Shown here: positions 25,613 through 38,314 of the stretch, piece after piece
Layout of the letters: each line of letters opens with the position of its first letter
Position numbering within the stretch: the first letter of the stretch is position 1
Notes under the pieces: generated by a model
Told to the model about the DNA's origin: nothing
The model's input: the letters and a program-made list of their open reading frames with translations, nothing else
Database searches by the model: none
NCBI GenBank assembly: GCA_965649765.1
Contig: OZ287750.1
Coordinates: 80,910,001-80,974,000, forward strand
DNA: 64,000 bases
Source of the DNA: Bispira polyomma
Taxonomy: Eukaryota
Reading direction: 5' to 3'
Program-made: the position numbers and the translations under genes

Positions 25613-26877
25613 ATGGAAGCCGGACAAAATCTGGGTAACAGCTGTAGTTCACCATACATTGAATCAAGGAAAAGAACTAAGTCACAAGTTAGTTCGAGTC
25701 CTAGCCCTTTGTCTGTAAATCCAAATAAACTCATTAGGATGTCGTCTTTAGATAGGCCGCAAGGTGCAGTCAGTAAACCGGAACTTCCTGATGAATGGAC
25801 CAATTTATCTCAACACGAGAAGCTGGATAGACTAATGGAAAAACTTCTAACGCTGGATGACATTAAGAATAAAGTTGATACCATTATCCAAGACAAGGAG
25901 CAACAAGTTAGTAATGAGCTACTGTTGTCAAAGTTATCTACTTTGGAGGGGAAAAAACCACAGGTTGGAAAAAGAGGTCAAACGTCTGTCCACTAAAATG
26001 GAGGACTTAGAGTGGAGGAACATGAGTGATAATCTTGTGTTTTATAACATAGATGAAACCAAAGGTGAAAACTGTGAGTACTTTTTTGAGACATGAAATG
26101 AGGATTGCACCTGAGAACATTTACTCCAAGGAAAATCTGTCTGGAGACATCCGAGTTGATGTAGCCCACAGAGTAGGGAAAATAAATCCAACCGCCCGCA
26201 GAGCAAGACCTATTGTAGCGAAGTTTGTTATGCGTAAGGGTAAAGACTTTATTATGAAACATGTACGCAACCTGAGAGGGAAAAGGTATGCTGTTTGTGA
26301 ACAGTTGCCTCCACAAATGAGAGAACGCAGATCAGCCCAGATGGACACCTTTCAAGAACTAAGAAGGACCTACACGGATAAAAAGTCCCATAATATCCAG
26401 TTTTTCAAGGATAAACTGATGCATAATCGTGAGGAGGTTGGAAGTCCCTTTGAAAGCAACAACTTACCAAAACTGGATGTCATGCCTAGCGACTACAACA
26501 ATCTTTTCCACTCAAAGGAAATTACTGTCAAAGGAAGTATTTTTCAAGGTCATGCTGTACATGTTTACTCGATCGAGGATGCGGTGAGGGCAAGAGATGC
26601 ATTGTTCCAAGATATGAAGGTCGCCAGTGCAGATCATATTATGTATAGCTACAATATCAACAATGAGGATGGTGTATGTGCAACAGGGAATTCTGATGAT
26701 GGCGAGTGTAGAGGTAGTGAAATACTGGTGAAGTACATTGAGGATAACAAAATGGAGAATACTTTAGTGGCAGTGTCTAGAATCCATAATGGACCAAATT
26801 TGGGAAAACTTAGACTTGAACTAATTCAATGCGCTTGCAGTGAGGTGTCTAAACAACTGATGGGCACAAATAACTGA
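25613..26877 (+). pseudogene. LINE ORF1: coiled coil + L1-type RRM/CTD + C-terminal IMPACT/YigZ (UPF0029) domain; two frameshifts (~25955, ~26085)
   Basis: LEWRNMSDNLVFYNI.E..GENCE, VAHRVGK..RPIVAKF and EQLPPQMRERR (ORF1). Then KGSIFQGH..V.S, ASADHIMYSY, SDDGE..GS, VAVSR..GPNLGKLR (IMPACT ancient-domain motifs). Confidence 0.85.
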
Positions 26878-28143
26878 TCAACGATCAAGGTAGTAAATAT
26901 GAAAAACTCTAAAATTTTAATAAAATATGCCTTAGATCTGAACTGTAGAATTATTAATGTGATTCTTTAGTTGAACCTTGGTATATAAGATTTGATTAAA
27001 CTCCCTGTTTAGTAGAACATTATGTTCATTGTCCCATCACCGTAAATTCCCGTAATTTCTATGTTGTTACAAATAAATCACACATAAAATATAGGAACTT
27101 GATTGAAATCCAACCTACCAGGGTTCACCTACAGATGGTTGAAATAGATAATTTTATATTATAATGAATTGATTAAATTCTATACTATACGTCTAGATGT
27201 ATAGTTTGTGTTAGAGAAAAAATAGTTGCAATCTTGCCTCAAATACTATATTACATGTAAAATATTAATGTAATTTTCGTTATTCAAGGTAATGTTTAAC
27301 CACTTTAACAGGCGAACGTCAAAACTAAAAAAGACTTTTTAACTTTATATAGTTCACGGTTAAAACTGCTTAGTTAAGATTTCATATTTTAATTTTGTAT
27401 TTCAGAAGTTTATTTGAAAGATACTTTGTTTAAACTTGATAAAACTTGTATTATGTTATAATAGTCAGTAATCGGCTGGCTATGCATCATTCTTGATATC
27501 TTATTAGCAGTCATATTAATTTTGTATCAGTTTAGGTATTGCTTTACGATTATTTTATTTAAATATCACTGAAGAATCTCTTGATTCAAAGAATGGTTAC
27601 AAAGTTAGATGCAAGTTACCTTGCCCTTATTAAAGAGCTCAACATACTAGAGAGTAGAGTATCAGGTACCAGGCACATATTTTGCTAAAAGTGCTTCTTT
27701 AATAAAATTTTATTTCTTGAATAAACACTTCTTGATTAATAACATATAAGTGTAAATATTAAATTATCGCAGCTGATGTTAACCACTGTTTTATGACACA
27801 CATACCAGTTAAAATTTTCAGGTAGATTTGCTAATAAGCTTACACATGCAGGATATCATGGTATTCTGTTTGGGTTTTAACATACCTGTTTGTACATATT
27901 CTTTGTGTAGATTTCACAATCATATCATGTTCTCTGTACTAACTGAATATTTTTTCACTGTTGCTGTTATGCCTAGAGTTGTGAATTTATATACATATAT
28001 CTGCTTTGTTTTGATGTTGAAAAACCCTGGAAGTCTTATTTTAAATTACTTAATTTTTAGCCTCAGATCAAACATTGTGTTTCTATGTAAACTCTTTAAA
28101 TCAATTTTGAGCTACCTTGTAAGGGGTGCTTTAGCAAGGCTAT

Positions 28144-31100
28144 ATGGCAAACATAGGAAATAGCATTAAGGTGTTATCTGCAAACTGTCGAGGTTTAAGA
28201 AGCCCCGAGAAACAGTTAGATGTGATATCATATTTCAAAGAAACAAATGCCAACATTGTTTCTCTGCAAAACACACATTTGACGGATAATGATATTGCAG
28301 CTATTAAAGCGTTGTGGAATATTGAAATCTATTTAAATGGCAGCAGGACAAATTCTCGTGGTGTAGCAATTCTCCTAAATAATAACTTTGAATATGAGGT
28401 ACTCTCCAATAGCAAGGACAAAGATGGAAACCTTTTAAATCTCTTATTGAAATTAAGCTGTATGACAATAAATCTGATCACTTTATACGGTCCCAATAAT
28501 GATAACCCAGATTTCTTTGACAAACTACATACAGATTTACAAAATGAAAATGCAGACTATTGTATAATATGTGGTGACTTTAACTTAGTCTTAAACCCAG
28601 ATTTGGACACGCATAATAATAAAAACATAAATAATCCAAATGCAAGGCTCTCAGTTTTGAAAATGATCAGCGAGGTTGGTCTATGTGACATATATAGGCA
28701 ATTTCATCCAGACAGAAAACGTTATACCTGGAGAAAAAGATATCCAGTTAAACAAGCAAGGGTAGATTTCTTTTTAGGGTCATCAAGTATTTTAGATATA
28801 ACAAACAAATGTGACATAAAATTAAGCTACAGATCTGATCATTCCATTATAGAATTGGAACTTATGCTTAATAAGTTTACATTAGGTAAGGGAATCTGGA
28901 AATTCAACAACAATCTATTGGAACACCCTGATTATATAAAATTAATCAATAACATAATTGAGGAAGAGAAAGAAAAATATGCTCTCCCTATTTATAATCT
29001 AGACTTCCTGAAAGAAAATTATTCAAATATTGTCTTCACTATTGACATTGATACTTTTATAGAGACATTATTCCTCAGAATAAGAGGGGGGACAATAAAA
29101 TTTGCTTCTTTTGAGAAGAAAAAGAATATTACAAATGAAAAGAATTTGATAACAGACATTGAGACTTTAGAATCTAGCGATACTCTGCAAGAAACTAATG
29201 CTCCACTCCTACTTGATAAAAAAGCTGAGTTAGAGACAATCAGAAAGACGAGAATAAAAGGACAATTAGTTAGAGCTCGGATACAATGGCTTCATGAGGG
29301 AGAAAAACCTTCTAAACATTTCTGCAATTTTGAAAAAAAAAATTTTATTGACAAGACTATAAAAAAAATTTACTTGAACAATGATTCTTGTATCACTGAA
29401 CAAGGAGAGGTGCTGCACCACATAAGAGAATATTATGTAAATCTTTTCAAAAGTAGAGACAATGATCTTTGTGACACAGATTTTGAACAGCTCAGTTTGA
29501 ATTTTGATAAAACTGTGGGCAACAAAGATTTGGGTTTACCATTGGCTGAGGTCGGGTCTGTATTGAAAAAAATGAAACATAATAAAACTCCTGGCATAGA
29601 TGGGATTACAGCAGAATTCCTAAAAATCTTTTGGGGGAAATTAAAATATTTTATTACAAGTGCAATAAATTGCTGTTTTAGCAAAGGTCCGTTGTCAATT
29701 ACACTACGTTGGTGTGTAATAACATGTCTGCCAAAACCTAATAAAGATAGGACCTTTGTAAAGAATTGGCGTCCAATTTCACTTTTGAGTGTCCTATATA
29801 AATTAGCATCAGGCACAATTGCGGAAAGACTGAAACCAACATTAGATCACATAATATCAAACTGTCAAACAGGTTTTATCAAAGGCAGATTTATGAGTGA
29901 AAATACAAGGTTGATATACGATTTATTAAACGCTACAGAGTTGAAAAATATCCCCGGCCTCTTGATGTTAATTGATTTTGAGAAGGCCTTTGATTCCCCT
30001 TCTTGGAAATTTTTATATAAAGCTTTAGCCTCTTTTGGTTTTAGTGAAAACCTTATCAAATGGATAGAACTATTTAATAATAATATAACAGCTTTTGTTT
30101 TACAATGTGGAGTATTATCAAAGGAAATACCTATTGAAAGAGGATGCCGACAAGGTGATCCTATTTCACCCTATTTATTTTTGATAGGTGCAGAAATATT
30201 ATCAATGTTAATACAAGTAAATCCTCATATTAAGGGTATTATGCTAAATAAAACCGAGTTTAAACTCACACATTTTGCAGATGACACCACTTTAATGCTT
30301 GATGGAAGTCAGTGCTCCTTGCAAGCAGCTTTAAATACATTAGAAATAATGGAAACATATCTGGTTTGCGAATGAATAAAGACAAAACTAAAGTTATTTG
30401 GATTGGTCGGAAAAAAATTTCAAGGGATAAATTAAAAGTGTCCATAGATTTGAATTGGGGTGAATCTAATTTTAGTTTATTAGGTCTGGAATTTTCTACA
30501 AATCTACAAGAAATCTCAGAACGTAATTATAGTAAGACACTAGAAAGTATTAAAAAAGAGGTAACAAAATGGAATAGCCGGTATTCAACTCCATTTGGAA
30601 AAATAACTATTACTAAAACCAATATTTTGTCAAAATGTATCCATCTACTAACAACAATAGAAAGGTCAAATTCTTTTCTCAAGAAAATTAATAATATTTT
30701 ATACAAGTTTTTGTGGGATGGTAAACCTGATAAGATAAAAGAGATCTGTATTTTGCTCTGATTACATGCACGGAGGAATGAAAATGATTAATATATATAA
30801 TTTTGAAAAGGCATTAAAAGTCAGTTGGATTAGGAAGCTACTGTCCCAAACCAACTCTCAATGGTATAAACTTCTTGTTGAGATGTATGGAAATGTCAGT
30901 CATGCAGTAACATTTGGTGGTGGGTGGAGCTTTAATATTGTAGACAATATTCAGAATCAATTTTGGAAAAAATATTTTCGAAGACTGGATGCTCTTATGC
31001 GATAAACAAAGAGTTAATACAAACTCCGAGATTCTTCGTTCATGCATTTGGTATAATCCACAGATATTCAAAACCCCCACCTTTTTTCCAGATTGGTTTA

Positions 31101-31920
31101 AAAGAGGAATCTATATGGTTGGAGATATAGTTGAAACAAATGGGGGAATATTGAGTCTGAACGAAATTAACAGTAAATTCAAAATGAAGGTAAATATTTT
31201 GAACTATTATACAGTTAGCATGAACATCAAAACATTTCTTAGTAAGTATAAATGTGAAGGTCGTTGGCTGTATGAAACACCAACATACCCATTTCATTTA
31301 GGCAAGATTCTACCATCCCAAAAAGGCTGTAGAGAATTCTATAATTTATTTAATGAGAATAAGTTGAATGAGAAACCCTTATGTGAATTGCTATGGGAAA
31401 GCATGTTAAATATAGAAAACTATCAAACAAATCGGAAAGAAGTTTGGAGCAATATATACAAAAGCTGCTTCAAAAGCGTTATGACAATTGTCTTATCTGG
31501 TTTCAGTATCGAATACTTTTCAAAATTTTAGGCACCAAAGATTACCTGAGCAAACTAAAGCTTTCTGATGACAGTAAATGTAGATTGTGTAATCAATTCT
31601 CTGAAACGATTAAGCATCTCTTTTGTGACTGTGTGAAAGTAAATGAACTTAAAAATATTAAGCAATGGATTTTAAATAAACTTGGCATTGATTTTACAAT
31701 AACTAACACTATGAAAATTCTGGGATATTTACAAATGGACCAGCATTTTTGGCCAATGAATCTAATATTATTAGTGACAAGAAGACATATATTTTGGTGT
31801 CTAAAGAAAAATTATGCATTAAATGTTTACTACTTGCAGAAAGAAATAAAAAGAAAATATCTAGAACAAAAATCTTTATACAGCATACAAATGCAACATG
31901 TTAAATTTAACAATAGGTAG
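28144..31920 (+). pseudogene. LINE ORF2: APE endonuclease + reverse transcriptase + C-terminal CCHC zinc finger; several frameshifts after 30350
   Basis: SANCRGL, CGDFN, SDHS, TPGIDG, WRPISLL, DFEKAFD, RQGDPISP, FADD, CRLC..ETIKHLFCDC. Confidence 0.93.
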
Positions 31921-33037
31921 ATTCTTTGGCAAAACATTTTTATAGAGATATGAACAGGAAACGGTCTACCCAATGTTTACTTTTAATTTTTAATACTGCT
32001 GTAATTTTGTCTTTTTTCTTTGTTAAGCAAATTTTAATGGTAATATGTTTTGAGAATTTAAAACTATACTTAATTTTATTTATTGAGGCATTAAATATAC
32101 TAAAGCAATGTGAAAAATGTATTGTTATTTACTTAATGTAATTATTATTATAGGAGAAGAGAACTTGTAAATATTCTAACATATGAACTACTTTGTATTT
32201 TTTCTTCCTTTAATCTTTGTCTGTTAAAACCTTTTGATATTTTGTTTTTGTTTGTAATATGTTTAAAAAAGAAATAAAAATATAATAAAAAAAAACAAAA
32301 AAACACACACCACACAATAAAGGCCTCGCCTATATTTTTTTAAATGGTGCATTCTGCCGTACTAACAATTTCATATTGCGAGGAAATGAAAAGAACAAAA
32401 ATTCTATTTTTGGGGGTTGACTGCTTGCCAACACAAAGATTCTGAGAGTAACTCATACCATCAGATTCTGGCCGACAACCATAAAGTCATAAAGGTTAAT
32501 ATACAACTCCTCCCTGTGATTAACTTATACAGTGTTCTGGTCATGTGCTACTTAGTAGTGAAAGGATTGCATTGGATTGCATTAAAAACATTTTTATTTA
32601 GCATGATGTTAACAATATCATACTATCACAACTGCTAGATTACTGATCAAGAATTAACTTGACTTAAGTTGACTTCATTCATATACACTACTTTGAAATA
32701 CCTTGTGTATGTGCGGTTGGGTGTAGGTGTGCTTTATAAAACTACACCAGCACTTCAATTATCGGAACATCTTGGGAGAGATAAGATTATGTTCTGATAA
32801 TAGAATATACATAACTTGCAGAGGTATGTATTAGGAGAAAGCAACAGGGAAGATGATATTACTTGTTTTTCATCCAAAATAGTTTCTTCTGATCATTTAA
32901 TAAGACTGCCATTGTTTTGTTCAATCACTTGATTACTTCTCAAATTCTATTTGTTCCGCCAAATTGTTGCTAATGGTGACAGCCATAACAGTTCTAAACA
33001 GATTTAGATGGAATATTTATACTTGTTACTTCAAGTA

Positions 33038-33230
33038 TATTAGAACCTCTCTTATCCATACATGTAGGGAGAGCTACCTGTTGTTACGATAAGAAAAAGT
33101 TTATAATAAAGATAGAAGAGGCACTTTTGTATAAAAACAACAGGCAAAAACCTAAATGTGGCACAGTGGAAATGAATTTGTAAAATTCAATTTTCAGATA
33201 ATGGAAGCTTGAATAATAGAGGTTCTACTG
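33038..33230. mobile_element. Tc1/mariner (pogo-like) MITE, degenerate
   Basis: TA-flanked termini tattagaacctctcttatcc / gaataatagaggttctactg (CAGTAGAACCTC-type TIR). Confidence 0.6.
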
Positions 33231-34991
33231 TACATGCAAGTTATTTTGTCAACCTAATAAGGATATAAATAGAATATTTGATAAAGGGGGCTGGGGGCAG
33301 CTGTGTATCAACCCAATAAATATCTTTGTCCACAATTTTCAATGGTATTCTAATGTGTGTGTGTTTTTTTTTGTATGTTTTTTTAACTTTCTCAAATTTT
33401 AAATTTTGCTCTTTTCCTCAACGAAAAACAAATTTGGCCAGTTTTGGCAAAATTTAGGAATTTCTTGCCAAATCAAAAAAAAGATTATCAAAAACAAATA
33501 ATTTTATTTTTCCTGTTTAGAATAACATACAATGACTAATATACAGAATAACTGTTGCTGATAGTACAGCATATGTATAGAGAACATTATACACTTCAGC
33601 ATATGCTGACTAAATGGTCTCAACTCTAGAATGTGATATGACAAATGATTTTATCTTTGGACCCGAATTAGGTTCAAAATATCTCGGTAAATAATTAGGA
33701 CATAGCACGTTAAAAACATGTTTTGTTTCTGCAATTTGACAAAGTGTAAAATCTTCGAATCTAACTTATAGAATTACATCTAATATAAATTACAAACATA
33801 TATGTCTTGTCAAAGTCCTACAAAAAAATCATTTTGTTTTTTAGAAATATGCATATTAAATTATGGGGTAAATGTAATTCACCGGTAACAATTACATTTT
33901 TAAAAAGGGTGGAAAGAATGTTGAATAAAATTGTCCTACTTGAAGCAAATTTTACTTAAGTAATATAAAGTGTTAATAAACAGAATATTAATATCGAAAA
34001 GAAAATTTTTATAATATTTTAGCAAAACTTGGGTAAACCCCCAAAACTCCTTTTTAAAATGTTGAGGTTGAATTATGGTGATGTTACATTGGTATCAGGA
34101 AACTGTATTCCAGCCTTATAAAGTACACAGCTTACATCTTTTGTAACTAAAGAGAGTTTACAATAGCATGTGTGGTAAAAAAATATTAATGAATAAAAAA
34201 TGTATTAGTTAAAAAAAAAAAAAAAAAAAATATTAGCTTGAGTATAATGACTGCTAAGTTTGTCAATGTTGTTTGATGACTAGCTGTGCAATAAAATTCA
34301 GGCTCAATCTACATGTGATGCTAAGATGTTTGATATAAATAATTAAAAAAGGGTATTACAACAAATATTTTGCTTGTGGTATATTATAAAAAAAAAATCA
34401 TAATTATCAAAATTTTCAAGATAATATAAAGCTCTAAGATTGACAGTATCGATGGTTTGTTATTATCTGACAGTTGTTAATGTTTCTGTTACTGTTCTGT
34501 TATGTGCCTACCCAATGGCATTGATGATGTTTGTATATTTCTCTATACAAGTAAATTACTTTTCACTTAAATACAAATTATTGTATAAATAATGGCAGAT
34601 TGTCACCCACAATCTGTAGTAAGTCCTAGAAAGACCTGTTAAAGTAGCATTTTCTTTGGTTAAACTGAAATTCAATGGTAATGACTCAATTTTGGCTGTA
34701 TGAAATCTGCAACATAGCTAAGATTAATAAAATATATATAACACATTTTGACATTTGATATATACATAAGTGACGTATAATAAATACAGGTAGACAGGAG
34801 TTACATACTGTTGCTCCTTTAAGAGGTTGCCAAGTTCAAAACCTAATATTGCTTTTATGATACTTGCAAAAATACATGAATATTTTTTAGTCTTTAAAGT
34901 TGGTTAATGTGTTAGTGAAAATGTAAATGTTTTTATTAATACAACATGTTTATTTTTAAACCAATTGCCTTTTGCAAATCTCCATGCTGTC

Positions 34992-36197
34992 CTAGGATAT
35001 CAAAACAAAAATAATGGTAACCATTATTATAAACATCATTAAGAAGAACCAAAAGCAAAGATGATTTATTTTCTTGCCTATCATTCTCCATTCTTCAGTA
35101 ATCTTGCTATTGCTTGTCCAGTTAATTCTTGCATTGGCATTGTTTGTGTCTTCATCAGCTGAAGCATTCTGTCTGCACGGTTCACAGTTCTTACCAATTA
35201 GAATCCATCTAAGCCATGCAGGTGCCCTTGGATTGTCACCATGATGGAAACAGTACAAGAATATTACTGTTTCACTGATGCCCAATGTGACCATTAATGT
35301 TAGGCTATAAATAAAAATCAGGATTATTGGCATATTTCTGGATGATTCTGGAATATAACCACTGATACTCAAAGAGAGTACGGAAAAGGCTACTAGTATG
35401 GTAACCCCCATAGATATTTTCTCCCCTGACTCTGGGGGTAAATGAAACATGAGCAGAACTAAGAAGGCCAAACAAAGAGCAGGCAGCAGAATGTTGACAA
35501 CACAAAATAGTGGCTTTCTCTTAAAGTGCAACGTAAAATGAACCTCTGGATAGAATTCATAGTTGTCAATCGTAAACTCTTTTCTTTTGACAGATGTAGT
35601 CACAATATCCCAATCGTTGTTGTCTTGGTAAAACTCTAGAATTTTTTCCTCATAACTAGAAGTCAAATTGACCATTAATCCAGTGTATGCCCAGTTTTCA
35701 ATGATAAGAGAACAAATCTGTTCATCGTAGGGAAAATATCTGACATTCACTGGACAATGCAGCTTTAGTATCCCTCCAGGTGACCACCTTACTTCTCCGG
35801 CTTCAAAGATATCTAACATATAATGTGTCAGCCAAGATTCCTTTGGAGATATATCAGCAGCATTATTAGTAATAAATAACTCAGGTATCCAGATCTTCTT
35901 TGCTTGCAGGACTAACATATATATGCCTGCAAAGTCTGAGGCATTCCAAGTAAGAAAAGGGTCAATCCATCCTGCAACTAGCCAACCATTTAATGATATG
36001 GTTTGATCCCTAGTATCAAAGGTCATCACCCTGTGTAGTTGAAATGAAATATTTACTTTTACTGTGTCATGTGGGTGAATAACTGGCCTTGCTTGAGGGT
36101 CATAATCTTTCATCAAGTATTGTATTAGAGCTCTTTCTTCCATAGATGATAAAACAACGGATATAAATCCAAGTACTGACACTAAAATGCGAAACAT
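34992..36197 (-). CDS. Intronless nAChR-like Cys-loop ligand-gated cation channel subunit, non-alpha type, 401 aa
   Basis: Signal peptide, LMKDYDPQARP, WIPEL, Cys-loop CPVNVRYFPYDEQIC, ENWAY, four TM segments, PPESGEKISMGVT and a short M3-M4 loop. Single open ORF. Confidence 0.95.
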   Translation of the reverse strand: MFRILVSVLGFISVVLSSMEERALIQYLMKDYDPQARPVIHPHDTVKVNISFQLHRVMTFDTRDQTISLNGWLVAGWIDPFLTWNASDFAGIYMLVLQAKKIWIPELFITNNAADISPKESWLTHYMLDIFEAGEVRWSPGGILKLHCPVNVRYFPYDEQICSLIIENWAYTGLMVNLTSSYEEKILEFYQDNNDWDIVTTSVKRKEFTIDNYEFYPEVHFTLHFKRKPLFCVVNILLPALCLAFLVLLMFHLPPESGEKISMGVTILVAFSVLSLSISGYIPESSRNMPIILIFIYSLTLMVTLGISETVIFLYCFHHGDNPRAPAWLRWILIGKNCEPCRQNASADEDTNNANARINWTSNSKITEEWRMIGKKINHLCFWFFLMMFIIMVTIIFVLIS

Positions 36198-36559
36198 TAT
36201 ACACTTGTAGTTATCTTTTCAGAGCCTCTCTAATGAAAATAATAACCTTTCGGAACAAATGCTGGAATAAAAAGCACTGGTCACATAAAAGCTCCAGCAA
36301 ATATAGCTCTTTGTGTACAGTCTGTGGTGATGGCATTGTTTACATTTATTGATCTGATCAACAAGAGAAAACTTGGAGATCTATTTTTAATGATATGTAT
36401 TCCACTAATTGTACCAGTGACTTGAAAACCTGGATTGATCTTGAATAAGGAAGCAATGATGTCGAAAAATTGGTTTATTCTATGTGTGTGGTCCACACAA
36501 ATATTTACAGACTTTATTACTTTAGGAACACTTAAAATTAGCTAGGATTAACAGGGTTT

Positions 36560-37420
36560 GGTTAGGATACTTAAGTTTAGCAGGGATAATGAATTTTATT
36601 ATTTCAATTGCCATTAAATAGTTTGGATTGCAAGTACAATATTTAACTATTAAACCTGGTACTATAATGTTTGTGATATTTGGCTACTGATATTTGTGTC
36701 ATACTATCTTTGTTTGTCATATTTTAATCCTTCATCTCTATTGTTTTTGAACAATCCATGCTTTGGGAGAAAAATCAGAGAATGTTGTACAAAGCACCAT
36801 TTTTTACCAGTGTGTATTTTGTTATGCAATATCTATAGTTTAATAAACTAATTTATTTGGTGGTGTACTTTTGATATTGTGTGCTGACAGAGTAAATCAC
36901 AGCAACCATAGCAATTGAAACATTGGATTGACTAGGAAAGTATGATGGTAGGAACGTAGAAAGTTAGTTGCATATGCTACTGGTGACAATGTAATAAGTA
37001 GAAGGTTTCTCGGTCAACCTTTATGTTACAGTTGGCGTTAAATTTTGTCAGTATTTTTAATTTTGTGAATTAGCATTCTTGTGATACTTAAATTACAGTT
37101 ACCTGAACTTGAAAATCTTTAGCATGGATCAGGAATTGTATTATTTCAAGTGCCATGTTTTAAAAAAAACTTCATCATCTTTGGCTTTTTTGAGCTCCCT
37201 AAATATTAATTTCCTGGTATTAAATTAAGTCACAATAATTTATCCAAATAATGAGATATTTTTGGCTACTGATCTTTCTTTGTGTATCATACTATCTTTG
37301 TGTGTCATATTTTAATCTATTTGCTTTATAGTTTTGAAACAACCAATGCTTTGGAGAGAAAATCAGAGAATGTTGTACAAAGCCAATTTTTAACCAATTT
37401 CACATTTGGCTATGCAAGAA
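36560..37420. repeat. Diverged local tandem duplication (~550-580 bp period) upstream of the minus-strand receptor
   Basis: tttggctactgat...catactatctttgt...aaatcagagaatgttgtacaaagc at ~36679-36795 and again at ~37261-37384. Confidence 0.7.
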
Positions 37421-37494
37421 CTTTTTTTTATGCAAGAGGTGTGCAGTTAATATCCTGCACTGACACAGGTTTATACGGGAGCCCTTTTAGGACA

Positions 37495-37723
37495 TGGTAG
37501 AAATTTTTTTTAAACAATTTATATATTGCTAAATTGCCCAGGCAATTTGCAGACCGCCTGAGCAATTTACAAACCGCCCAGGCAATTTAGCAGTACACAT
37601 ATATATTTCTAAATTGCTTGGGCGGTTTGTAAATTGCCTAGGCGGTTTGTAAATTGCCCGGGCAGTTTATATATTGCCCAGGAAATTTAGCAATATATAA
37701 ATTGTTTAAAAAAAATTGTATCA
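37495..37723. mobile_element. Foldback/palindromic MITE with internal ~19-bp subrepeats
   Basis: tttttttaaacaatttatatattgctaaattgcccagg... is mirrored by ...cccaggaaatttagcaatatataaattgtttaaaaaaa. Confidence 0.8.
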
Positions 37724-38314
37724 AACAGTGCAGTCCCTTTCAATGAATAATAATGTAATGGTACATATATACGATCCAAAAACAATTTTTTTTACACAAA
37801 CATAATACACTGGTCAAAATAGAATAGGACTCAGACATTTAAATGTTGGAAATTTCAAAAGTGTGGAGAATTTTAATTATTTTGATATGTATACATATAA
37901 ACATTTAAATCTATTATCCTTTTTTATTGTCCTGCCATTGTTTTTATTCTGAAAAGGGTGCTGCCATCTTAGAAAATATGTAAGGCCTTCATGGATTGGT
38001 AGGAAGCAATCAAACTAGTCAAACTGTGGGGTGTCAGATCTATTGTTATCAGGCACAGCCTGGGGCCTGAGTATATAGTGTAAGGCAGCGCCCCAGCGCT
38101 GGCGTTTTCAGTTCTTGGGGTACCAGTCTTCCTCTCCACGCTTCATTGATTGCGGTAGTATATAAAGCGACCGTCTTCAAATCACCCGCCATTATAACAA
38201 TAGCGTTTACAGTACAAGCCACTTTTAGACGGACATCTTGGAAATTCGATGTTTATGTCTGATTATTTGACTGGTTTTAGTGTTTTTAGTTGATTTTATT
38301 CACTGTATTTTACA

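Larger units (their letters stand above)
25613..32303 (+). mobile_element. Near full-length L1/Tx1-clade LINE (ORF1 + ~1.27 kb spacer + ORF2 + poly(A)); frameshifted
   Basis: ORF1, EN-RT-zinc-finger ORF2, AATAAA and an A-rich tail at ~32266-32303. The 5' end and TSD were not identified. Confidence 0.9.

Noticed and set aside
27828-28163. 111-aa ORF overlapping the LINE ORF2 start
   Set aside because: Non-ATG start, low-complexity hydrophobic composition typical of AT-rich non-coding DNA, and no motifs.
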